Notes under the pieces: model-generated | Databases searched by the model: none | What the model saw: only the letters and a program-made list of their open reading frames with translations | What the model was told of the DNA's origin: nothing | In this document: piece after piece, positions 50,990 through 62,892 of the stretch | How the letters are laid out: each line of letters opens with the position of its first letter | Position numbering within the stretch: position 1 is the stretch's first letter | Assembly: GCA_951406725.2 (NCBI GenBank) | Contig: OX597832.1 | Span: 14,570,001 to 14,634,000, forward strand | Length of the DNA: 64,000 nucleotides | Direction of reading: 5' to 3' | Source of the DNA: Octopus vulgaris | Lineage: Eukaryota | Program-made: the position numbers and the translations under genes

Positions 50990-51300
50990 TCCCTGTTTCG
51001 GTTTACATCTGGATGAGATTGTTCTGCACGTGACCTTGATTTAGCGGCATAACACCTCTAGTACACCACGGTGATATCATTCGGCATAGATGTGAATTCA
51101 CAGGTGCCGAAGAGCAGGACTCTTTTTCCTTGCGTTTCGATTCTATGGCCAGTATGTAACATCTTTTAATAGTGCCTATCACTGCGATGTGTTATATAAA
51201 CATTCTATAACTGAGATGCCTTCCCCACAACCTGACACGCTTCTTCTACATCCCAGTTAAGGAACAGTGCCTCAAGTGTGAGGGAATAGAAGTGATGGAA
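50560..51300 (-). mobile_element. Possible decayed 5' portion of an RTE-like LINE
   Basis: GC-richer block. Minus strand LRWTVNV resembles the start of an APE endonuclease (lrxgTxNV). Weak evidence. Confidence 0.3.
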
Positions 51301-51961
51301 CGAAGGCAGGTTATAAACGGTTCTGTTAGATTCTAATTTATTAAAAACTCGCTCATTTTGTAAAACAGCAGAAAACGTTTAGGGTTTATATTGCTGCCAT
51401 CTTTAGCAAGTCCTCAAACCAATGATAATCTCTCGAATTTCTCTCTTTGGTGTGCTACACGTGATTCTTTTTAGATATCATTAACTATGTTTAATTATTT
51501 TCCACTACGATATTTTTTAAATACCTAAAACATTATTAAACCACTTCAAATAAGAAGAGCATTTGGTTTTAAATATTCACGGGATTTAAAATTATACATT
51601 TATTTTGTTTTCTCTTACCATTATACCTTAAAGCCAAGGAAACCATTTCTGAGCACATAATTCCCACTTCTTGTTTCAAATGTTAGTCCACACACTTTTA
51701 AAGAATCCAGTAATGTGTTGATATTATTTTGAATTTGCTCATGGCAATGGTAACTCAATTATAATTTCTGTTAAACAATGTAATAAGATATTTGAAGAAG
51801 AGCTACAAGCTTCCGGATTCTCAATAACGAATATCTGAATGAAATATTAAAATTGAACAGCAGATTTGCAACTGAAGTATCATTTTGAGGATGTATGAAG
51901 GAGTTTGAATTCATTTGCTCTTTCCTTCATCCGAAGGGCTAAAACATAGATGCAATTATTG

Positions 51962-51971
51962 ATATATATAT

Positions 51972-52022
<51 letters not shown>

Positions 52023-52025
52023 TAC

Positions 52026-52106
<81 letters not shown>

Positions 52107-52112
52107 CATATA
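51962..52112. repeat. (TA)n microsatellite
   Basis: Seen directly in the sequence. Confidence 0.95.
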
Positions 52113-53349
52113 TGTAAATGTATGTAGAAGTATGTATGTGTATGAGTGTGCTTGCACATTTGTATTTACCATAGGGATAGAAAGAGACGGTAGGGTGTGT
52201 TAATGCACAAATTATGTATTGCTTCCTACAGAGTCCATTTGGGTTTTTATGCCGAAAGAGAATATTTAGATTTTTGCTTCAAATTAATTTGCATTGATAC
52301 ACAATTTTAATATAGGATCTTATCTGCAATATTAACTTGTATTTTGTTTTGAGAGACTTTTTGTTCTTTTTAGATATTAATATCATTAACAGTGATAATG
52401 TCGAGACTTCTATGAGAACAAACTAGGCATTATAATTAGTGACTGAGATAATTTCAAGTACTTGTGTTTGTCAAGACTACATAATGGTTTATACATGCTG
52501 TATTTTATATTTTTTGCTTTCCGCACATTAAGATATAAGTGTAAATTTACGATTCAACTACGTTATAGTACGATTAATTAAAACAAAACACAAATCACTT
52601 CTAATAAGAGATTTAACATTATAATTGGTCTATCAAGCCGTGTAATTCACCAGGTGTAATTTTCCTGCTAATGTTTAGAATTTACTCTATTTATGAGTGA
52701 TAATGTACTTCATATTCATTATGGCATTATGCTCATCTTCTAGTTTTCGAAATAAAATAATTTACATATGAATGGAATCTTCGTATTTGCACCAAACATC
52801 GCTTGCTCTGAATAAGTGAATGTCTTCTGTCACCTTGTCATTTGGACATTCGTTAATGATATATTTGGAGAGAATATAATAGCATTCATATGGGAAGTAA
52901 TGTCGTAGGTCGAATGCTGATTCCTTAGATTGCAATTGAAGACCTCCTAGGCGGAACTCTTCCGTTGAAAAATGTAAAACTAGAATTACCACTCACACAA
53001 ACACACACACGCCCCACCCACCCACACGAAGGCACATATCCTGATATCCAAGCACACACGCACTCTCATGCTCTTAAAACGCTGTATTAAGTTTAAAACA
53101 TGAGTGAGTATTCAAAAATACACACTTCCTTGTAAAATTGGTGAGAGAGTAACATAATAGCATATATATACATTTTATCATTCAAGTTATCTCAATCATC
53201 ACGGTCATGACTGCAATATATACAATATCTCAGGAAGCAAGTGATTAAAAATTTCACATCTCTCACAAAATTATTTGAACTAACCCTGAATATCCTTTAC
53301 GCCACGATCCAAATATAACTCACATTTTCATAATACTGATTTATATTTT

Positions 53350-53548
53350 TGGGACAAGGCCAGAATGTTTGTCTGAGTAAGAAAATCGATTAGAGTGACC
53401 CTGGCGCTAAACTGATTCTCATTTTTTCGACCCAGAGAAGAGTGAATAGCATATTCGGTCTCAGCGGAATTTGAACGCAGAACGTAAAGGCCGGTAAAAT
53501 GCGGCAAAACATTTTTGCCTAGTTATGTAATTATTCTGCCACTTCGTT
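53350..53548 (-). mobile_element. Degenerate Meta-domain-like SINE
   Basis: TCGACCC...CTCAGCGGAATTTGAACGCAGAACGTAAAG...TCTGCCA is the reverse complement of the 41659 family. Confidence 0.65.
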
Positions 53549-56177
53549 GACGTACATTGTTTTAAAATTAAGTATAAATGGTACAATCACACAGAAACTG
53601 CATGTGTTTACTCAGTTTCGTTATAACAAGTAGTTTTTAAGAAATTTTGATGTACTGATAAATTAAGCATGGAGGATACAAAAATACACTTTACAAAATT
53701 ATGACAGAACTTAAATAATGAACGTCTTACGGTTAATAAACGGTGTTAATAATCATCAGCTTAGTCTCGTGAATTGTCAGATTCATTCCAACATCTTAAA
53801 TTTCTCTTTCTATTGTCTCGGCAATTTACGTTCCACATTTCAATTATTCCGCAAGGGAAACCCTGCGATTATTTGTTTCTGGATCAATATAATTAATGTG
53901 TCACGTTTGATGCAACTATTTCATCCAATTTTATCCTTTAGAAAAAGACTTTCTAATTATACGAGAAAAAACAAAATCTGACCGTTGCATAAGTTTGAGT
54001 AACAGCTACCGTATGTGTTTATACAATTCTTTTGCAATTACGATAAATTTGCTTGCAAACTACTCCCCAGCATGGGCTGAATGAACACATGTGAGTCGCA
54101 TATAGGGGACACATATTATCCGAAGTTTTCTACTGTACGGTTCATTATCATGGATGAGTAACATAGTTCATCACAAGTTTTAACACACCTTCGATTAACT
54201 TGTTTGCAATTTAACGAGTCCTCAATATCTTAAGCTTCAAAAATAGGCCATATGAGAGAGCATAACACTGTCGCCTCCTTCTTCCATTCATAGAAACTCT
54301 GAAAACTATAAATGACTAAGCTAATTTGCCTCTGAATAAGCCGTGTTCGAATTATCGGCAATTGTTCTTCAATTGGTCAATATTTTCTTACACCATATAA
54401 TTCACATTGTCTATTTTCTATGAGCAAATTTCCGATCATGATATCCCAAAGGAAATGATCGCATGGATACAAAAAATAGTTTTGAATGAAAATTGATCTA
54501 ATGGTTTATTAATTCAATATTCTGTGAATCGAAAATATTTTGCTTCTCAACCAATCATTAATATCTATTTATGTTTGGATCGAAGAAAAAGTCTATGTTA
54601 GTGATTTCGGGAAGGCAGTACATAATGTTTGTGCATAACGCACCTGTACTCGCCTGATTTATGAACGAAGTAATCAAATTTTATACAAACGTCTAGATTT
54701 CGTGTTACGTTATATAACTTCTTTCATGTACCTATTCAGTTACATTTACTCATAAACTTATTTTTCCAATATACCGACTTCTACATTCATGCTGCTAAAT
54801 TCAGGAATATGCAATGCAGCAAAATCAAGCATTTTTAAAGAATGTTGCTTCACATTTCTGCTTAATTATTTGCTGTTTGTATCAAGGAGAGAAACATTTT
54901 TTAACTACTTTCACTTGCTGTAAAGGATTGTAATTTTAAATACCGATATAGTAAAATGAGAATAAACATCAATAAGTACATAACATCGAAAACCTCAAGG
55001 TTTTACTTATTTATTGCGTTAACTCCATTTTTAACAGCATATGGTAACCTTCCGATACATGGAGGTAATATATATTACGCATGCAGTCATTTTCTTAAAA
55101 TCGGCGTCCTATGTGTTTTAACAAGGAAAATTATTATATACGTTTTAATAAGTCATGCACACTCAATTTATGATGATACACGATAAAACTTAAAATAGAT
55201 TTTTTGTTATTACCGAGGAAGCGCCTGAATAATAATTTATCAACGTCAGTTTGTCTGAAGCCAGTCAATCTCTGCAAGTGAACACTTTATTTACAAGTTT
55301 AATGAAAGGTAGATATCGAATAAATGTGAATAACTTGTTGTGTCAATTAATTACTGTGTATTTGACCCTGCAGATCATAGATGTCCTACTATGTTACCAG
55401 GTCAATCAATAAAAATAAATCTATATTGAGATAATATTTTAACAACATAGTGCCTACTACTGAATCGTTTAGTTACTATGCAAAATTTACACAAACTGTA
55501 AAAGGTGAAATTTCTGTTGATGGTTGCTAGGCAAATATTTAACGTGTCTTTGACAAATGATGGATAAACTGGTTTTGTTTTCTTTTTTACATGAAGAAAT
55601 TAAATGTGACACATTAAAATGTTAGACATCGCACACCGTATACTTCACAAAGGTTTTTCATTTGAGGTTATGTTGCAGAAAATAATGACAATATTCGAAG
55701 CTAGAAGGAGCATTTCGATATAGCAGCCAGAACGCCCTGAATGTGCACCATCACATTAAAAAAGGAAAAGCTCAACTAAAATATAATTTACTGAAGCATC
55801 GGTATGTGCTCGGTCATAGTGTCCATACATAAACGATCAGTCGTCTTACATTAGTATTTAAAATTTTGTAAGTAGAATCACCATACAGTTTAGTTCGTTG
55901 CTCTCAAGGCAATCTTAAGACCAATTGATATGATATTTCTCTCACGTTCTTCCATAGAAAACTCTACGGTTTGAAAACCTTAAATTCTGAAAACTATGAA
56001 GTTAACTTTTATTTATTTATTTACAAGTGTGTGTTTGTCTGATGTGAAGTGTGTGTGTGTGTATGTAATTTTGGAGATTGATGACTACTAATCCGCAATG
56101 GGTATATGTCAATTTGTGTGTTGAGTAAAGCACATTCACAGTTTCGCCTACCTTGTGTCATCCACGGTTATATATAG

Positions 56178-56328
56178 TTTCTCTCCTTCCTTCTTTCTGT
56201 GTTCCTTTCTGTGTGGGAGCGTATGCTCGAAACGTTAAAGAGTTTTTCACTTCCGGAGCGTAAAAATAATACATCTGTTTGTTGTCTACACACATGGCTT
56301 TGTCTTTTGGTTTTTTTAATCAATTCTC

Positions 56329-56331
<3 letters not shown>
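56178..56331 (+). mobile_element. Short (TA)n-anchored repeat with a hammerhead-like motif
   Basis: CUUU-CUGUGUGG-GAGC-GUAU-GCUC-GAAAC-GUU-AAAG at 56205-56240; the 3' end runs into (TA)n. Homolog at 48785. Confidence 0.75.
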
Positions 56332-56386
<55 letters not shown>

Positions 56387-56390
<4 letters not shown>

Positions 56391-56812
56391 TAAGTAGTTA
56401 AGGGTTTAGCAACGAATTGCCTCACCAACACACCGAATTTAGAAATAGCAGTCAAAGAGATATAGCTATTCCTTCTACTAAAAGGGGGATCTCAGTAAAA
56501 ACACAGCACTTGAAAGGCAAACACAGACAGGTAAGAAAGAAAGAATGAAATGACGGCAATCTATCATGCAATTTTAAGTTACCTACGGACGTACGTTTCG
56601 AGGAGATCCCCCTTTTAGTAGAAGGAATAGCTATATCTCTTTGACTGCTATTTCTAAATTCGGTGTGTTGGTGAGGCAATTCGTTGCTAAACCCTTAACT
56701 ACTTAGTATTACTTAAATTTTCCTCGAATGGGGCTTTTACATGCCGAAATCTACTTGGTGTAATTGATAATTATCCCAAATTAATTAATTTCACCCTTTA
56801 TTATTATTATTA

Positions 56813-56815
<3 letters not shown>
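56387..56815. mobile_element. (TA)n-embedded element with a perfect 107-bp inverted repeat
   Basis: 56387-56493 is the exact reverse complement of 56603-56709, with a 109-bp spacer and (TA)n on both sides. Confidence 0.9.
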
Positions 56816-56852
<37 letters not shown>

Positions 56853-57245
56853 CATTGGGTATTCCGCAAAGTTAGTTGAGATAATAATAATTGATGAAGG
56901 AAACGGAGGATAGATTTTTAACAGTAATTTTGATTTAGTGCGATGTTCGTTTTGATTCATCCAACAACTGTACTTTTTGGCGGGGGCTGGTGCATCTAAT
57001 TGTATTGCTTGAATCTGTGCAGTTTGTGTCACATCTGGTACAAGCAGGAAAAAGATGTCCCTTCTTTATGAATGTACTAGATGTGACACAAACTACAGAG
57101 ACTGATGCAACATTATTAGACGGACAAAATCCTACCCTTAACGAACAGTTTCAGGGTGGGTTGAAACGATCGTCTTACTGAGAAATGGCTAGTGCTAAAT
57201 CTATCTTCTATTTAATTCATCAATTCTTAATATTATTTTGTATAT

Positions 57246-58265
57246 ATTGGTTTGGCAGAAACGTGTTTTCCTTTTTCACAAATAGATAGGTTTGTGATTT
57301 TCTTGAATGACTGTCAATTTTATATATGTTTTACTTTTGACATTTAATAGCAGTTATTCGTAGTTTGCTTTTGTTTGCAGCTGTTACTTCAGTGTAAATT
57401 TTAACATTGTGTGCGAAAACGAATATTATCGTCATATTTTCCTTTTTTTATTTATGTAAAGCAGGAAAGCTACTGAAGCTCACAAAGAGATATGTGAAGT
57501 TTATCGTGTTGATTGCTTAACATAATTCACCTTCAGAAAGGGTGTAAAAAAAATTCCGTGTTTTCTGGAGACTTTTGATTCAAAGTTCACCAACGTTCTG
57601 GTTGACCTACTGAAGTCGATGAACACTGAATCAAAGCCATAATTGAATCTGATATATATGACTGCGCCTGAGATTATAGAGGAGTTAAAGGCATCACACA
57701 CAACAACTGAAAATAACTTAAAATATATTGCACTCGTTAAGAAGCTCGATTTTTGTGTTCCACATAAATTGAAAGCGATTCACTTAGCACAACGAATCAA
57801 TATTTGCGATATGCATTTCAATCGCAATGTAATCGATTGTTTTCTTTAAACGAAGTATCAATGATATGAAAAATGGATTGTCCACAATAACATCAATCGA
57901 AAATGATTATGGTCGAAGCGTAATGAAACAACACAAACCACATCAAAAAATAGAATTGCATCAAAGAACACGTTGTCAATTTGGTGGGATTACATATGTG
58001 TTGCGTATTTTGAGCTGCTTCCAACGAGCCAAACGATCACTTCAGATTTTACTTTCAATGACTAATGAAACTGAAGGAAGCAATCAACCTTAACAGCCTG
58101 AAGTGGCAAATCTTGAAAGAACCGTGTTCCAACATGACAGCGCTAGACCACACACGTATTTGCTAACTCCTGAAAAAAGTATTGGAGCTTGGTTTGGTAG
58201 TCAGGTCACATGTACCATATAGACCTGACCTTGCATCATCGGATTTCCATTTATTTCGAAGCGTA
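57246..58265 (+). mobile_element. Decayed mariner, 3' end lost at a LINE junction
   Basis: Motifs VPHKL, EKWIVHNN, SIWWDY, VFQHDSARPH and PYRPDLASSDFHLFR. Confidence 0.88.
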
Positions 58266-59200
58266 CGTAAGAGGTTCACGGTGTTTGTAGTTTCCTGAAT
58301 ACCTCTCTCCAGGAATGGTGGGTATCTCCTGTGCGCCAGGAGACTTTTATCTCCAGCCAACATTCAGAATGTGTCTCCAACATCTCTGACGGAACCCTTA
58401 CATGACCTTTGTAAGGACCCTTACATGACCTTTGTAAAGAGTCCATGTCTGATATGTGTAAAGGAGCGATGTCATTACACATGCACCGTACACGTCAAGT
58501 TTTGCTTGTCTTGTGTTGCCATGCTGGGACTAGACACGAGACTGATGAGACTGGAAGAAACAGGTGATAGTAGATCAATTTCTCTGTAGTTACCACATTG
58601 TTCCGGTTCTTTTTTTCCTTTATTCCAGTCCTTATCCATTGCACCATCTCTCTAGAAAACACTAATAAGTTCATGAAGGGACTGCATGATGTAATCACCA
58701 CCAAATCGCAAGACCTCAGTACAGATTCATCGCTTCCAGATGCCTTACCAAAATTCAGTTTACTTATTGATGTCATCACCTCATCCGTTGAAGACGTCTA
58801 ATTTAAGGAGGCAATGCTAGTATTTGTTGTGTAGTATCAATCACTGTTTCGTCCACAACTGATCTCATGGTTTAAGAGTTCAGAGAATTGTTCAATTCAG
58901 TGACCTGTGATTTCTGTTGATTTAGTAAATGGGGTAGAAGTCTCCTCGGAAAGCAAATGAACTGATTAAGAGCACTTAGGCCCGTAAAGCAGAAGCTGAG
59001 GTTTGCCTCATTCCCAGGTGTCTTCTAGCACGCTTGACGTCATCACGGAATATCTGCGTACTTGTGCTATTGCTAAGCCTCCGGTAGCTTCATCCAGTAG
59101 CTTCAACACGTCTTGTTTTTCATCCTGCCAGTTTTCTAGCAACCCTCCTTACTAGGGTAGAGTGGTCGATGCGCAGGTGTAGTCGCCGACAACCCAACCA
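58266..59200 (-). mobile_element. Internally deleted RTE-clade LINE fragment
   Basis: EVMTSISKLNFGKASGSD...CGNYREIDLLS (N-terminal RT motifs) is joined to AKLDVYGACVMTSLLYTYQTW (RTE LLYGxETW region). Internal 23-bp tandem duplication at ~58394-58440. Confidence 0.78.
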
Positions 59201-59289
59201 TTAAGAATGTTTTATCGGATTCCATGTTAACAGTGGCACTTGTGAGAGACTCATAACACACCAGCCAGTGCACTCATCTGAGGAAAATA

Positions 59290-59388
59290 AGTAGAACTTG
59301 TATTTCAAGGGGCCACTCTTGTTGCAGTCTGTGTGACGCTGAATCTTCCTGAGAACACTGTTAAGGGTACACGTGATATAGAGTGCTC
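59290..59388 (+). mobile_element. Degenerate internal fragment of the OR1-like SINE
   Basis: TGTATTTCAAGGGGCC...GCTGAAT...GTTAAGGGTACACGTG matches 1062-1150. Confidence 0.7.
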
Positions 59389-59395
59389 CTATATA

Positions 59396-59493
<98 letters not shown>

Positions 59494-59577
59494 AGATAGA
59501 TAGAAACATATAGATATAGATATAGATATACATACATGCACACACATATGTATACAGATATATGAATATACACACAC

Positions 59578-59622
<45 letters not shown>

Positions 59623-60020
59623 TTGCGTGTGTAAATGTGAGTGTACGTTGTGTATGTTTATAAACGTGTGTCTATATAAGTGTTGCTTTGTGCATGTATA
59701 GGTTTTTTTCATCCAAAAGTGTACTCCTGGATGCAATAATATTTATTTTTAATTCTCTTTCTTCCTAAGCCAAATGCGTTGAATCGCATGTTAAATGGTC
59801 GTAACATATTCACCAGAAGCAAGAAAGCGACAAATTGTCTGCCATATTGTCTCCATAAGAGAATAAGTATTGATATTTCCCGACAGAATTAACAACTTAA
59901 TAACTCTACAAAGCAAACTGTTTCATATAATTGCACACAAAATTTTCCGATTCTCAAATTAGTTTGTCTAGACATGCACCGTTTTAGCTTTTAATAGCAT
60001 CATTTGATTTGGAATGGCAG

Positions 60021-60087
<67 letters not shown>

Positions 60088-60131
60088 TTATATATATATA
60101 TATATATACATTTACATTTATACATTTATAC

Positions 60132-60171
<40 letters not shown>

Positions 60172-60574
60172 TTGTGCCAGTGATGTGCGTGTGTATCTGT
60201 TTGTTTTTGTGTGTGTGTGTATATGAACATATATTTTCTTACCTTTCCACATCCTTTGTTTGCTGAAGATATAAAAAAATAAATTCTCTGTACTATCTCT
60301 ACTAAACATCCTTCTGTCAAATTACATAAAGAAGCGTAATTTCTAATGCAATTCTCTTCTGGCTTCGTTTTCGCTTTAATCGCTGATTTGTTGTGTGAAA
60401 TATTTTGCAGGTTTTAACAAAGAAGAATTAAACATTTCCTCTAATTTTTGGTAAAACTGGATTATTTACATTTTCTACGATTTTATCGGTCTAAAATTTA
60501 CTTACAATGCTCATTAATTCCGTTGATAATGACTTCCGCTATTCATTTAGTGAAATGTTTAGGTAAAGTTTACG

Positions 60575-60711
60575 ATGGCTGTGGGGTAAGTAGCTTGCTA
60601 ACCAACCACATGGTTCTGAGTTCAGTGGACAAGTGTCTTCTACTATAGCCTCGGGCCGACCAAACTTTGCGTGTGGATTTTGTAGATGGAAACTGAAAGA
60701 AGCCTGTCGTA

Positions 60712-60746
<35 letters not shown>

Positions 60747-60976
60747 GCATGTATGCGTGTGTATATATGTTTGTGTGTCTGTGTTTGTCCCCCAACATCG
60801 CTTGACAACCGATGGTAGTGTGTTTACGTTCCCGTAACCTAGCGGTTCAGCAAAAAAAACCGATAGAATAAGTACTAGGCTTACGAAAATAAGTCCTGGA
60901 TTCGATTTGCTCGACTATAGGTGGTGATCCAACATGGCCACATTCAAATGTCTGAAACGTGTACTAGAGTAAAAAG
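60575..60976 (+). mobile_element. OK-like SINE
   Basis: Colinear with 42166-42600, with a small 5' deletion. Confidence 0.92.
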
Positions 60977-61019
60977 TATGCTATCTCTTATGCTATGTTT
61001 AACATCATGCTAGAGGCAT

Positions 61020-61165
61020 AAGGCATAAGGCCTGGGATTTAGGGAGACGGGTAAGTCGAATAGAACAAATCGAGTGCTCATGTAGTGTTTGTTTTATCCA
61101 CTCTGAGAAGTTGAACTGATAAGACGAACTCTGCAGAATTTCAGCTTAGGAGGTAAAGACGGAGC
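61020..61165 (-). mobile_element. Very degenerate Meta-domain-like SINE
   Basis: Pattern AAGGCCTG...AAGTCGAA...CAGAATTT parallels the 53350 copy. Confidence 0.4.
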
Positions 61166-61582
61166 ACAAGCTTTCTACTCGTTAGCAGGATTTTCCCAGC
61201 TTATCACCTTACCTGCTTTTTTTATATATACATACATACATACATACATACATACATACATACATACATACATACATACATACATAACATACAGACAGAC
61301 AGACAGACATACATATATATAGACCACACATATCTGATAAGGGCGATGGTTATATCAAAGATAAATATTACTCATAAAATGTCGACATGTCCATAATCAA
61401 AATCACAAAACGATAACGAATGAGATATACAAACTTGATTATTCGATCCAATAGGACAGCTGGCGATAATTTGAAATGTCAATGAAACAATGATCAATAA
61501 AAATTGATAAGGTTTTATATTCTATATTAAGTGTAATATATTCGATTGTATTTCAAGATTTGTGGACAGCAGCTCTTATATA

Positions 61583-61625
<43 letters not shown>

Positions 61626-61989
61626 CCTCTATTTGATACTATGTATGTATGTAAAGTGAGAGATAGAAATAGAGAAATTAATGTAATCAATTACATAACT
61701 AAACGCACACATATCCTGTACATACAACAAGAGAGGGAGACAAATGTAATAGCACATTAGCAAATGCGCAAACATATGTCTGTGTTTCGGTGTATGCGTA
61801 TGTAAGCAGGGAAAACAGCAAACATTGACAATGCATTTTAGACATCTTTACATTTGTGTATGATGCATAGATGTGTGGTTGTAATACATAAACCTGTGTT
61901 CCTTTCTTCGTATCTTCAACTTTTACTGCCATTGGAACAGTAAAACACAATGCAAAAAGCAAAGACGTGCAGTCACACAAGTGTATATT

Positions 61990-62120
61990 ACGGTTTTCTC
62001 TGAGTTTCCTGTTACCAAATATATTCACGGGGCTCTAATCACCCCCCGGTTATGTTAGAAGACAATTGCTTAAATTCCACTATGTGGGACTAAACCGGAA
62101 AATTTCTGCTTGGGAAGTTA
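61990..62120 (-). mobile_element. Old degenerate OK-like SINE 5' half
   Basis: AGTTTCC...ACCAAAT...TAGAAGACA...GTGGGACTAAACC parallels the OK-like minus copies. Confidence 0.55.
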
Positions 62121-62190
62121 AATGATGATTTGTTTCTTCCACATGTATTACCGATGAAAAACGCAATGTACCTTCGTAAAAATGAACATA

Positions 62191-62595
62191 CTTTCACTTT
62201 ACTCTTTTACTTGTTCCAGTAATTTGACTGCGGCCATGCTGAAGCACCGCTTTTAGTCGAGCAAATCGACCCCAAGACTTATTCTTTGGAAGCCTAGTAC
62301 TTATTCTATCGGTCTCTTTTGCCGACCCTGTAAGTTACGGGGGCGTAAATACAACAACATCAGTTGTCAAGTGGTGTTGGGTGACAAACAAAGACACACA
62401 AACATATACAAACACATATATATATATATATACATATATACAACGGGCTTCTTTCAGTTTCCGTCTCCCAAATCCACTCACAAGGCTTTGGTCGGCCCGA
62501 GGCTATAGTAGGGGACAGTTCCCCAAGGTGCCACGCAATGAACCCGGAACCATGAGGCTGGTACGCAAGCTACTTACCACATAGCCACTCCTGCG
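62191..62595 (-). mobile_element. OK-like SINE
   Basis: Reverse complement of the 42166 and 60575 copies. Confidence 0.92.
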
Positions 62596-62892
62596 AAAAT
62601 ATTTTATATTTTATTACATCTTCATCAGAAAGACATCGGAAAGAGTCGTGGCAGACAAATATATAAATTTCGCAATTGTTATTCTAGGAAAAGAAATAAC
62701 GAAAGAGAAAGAAATGTCCCAACGTGGAAAACGCGATCTGATATTTTGATATCAGCTTCACAAAAGGTTTGAAGAATAAATAATAGAAGTAATCAACAAA
62801 CTAATGAATTGCATTTGAGAGTAATTTGCATTTTAATTGAATAGTCATGTCCAGAAGAAATGTCAACATCTGTTACAGATGATTAATAGCTT

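Noticed and set aside
3892-61760. Dozens of ORFs rich in YI, HT, CV, ER, poly-T, poly-V or poly-L
   Set aside because: They are stop-free translations of (TA)n, (CA)n, (GA)n, (TAA)n, (ACT)n and (GATA)n microsatellites, not genes.
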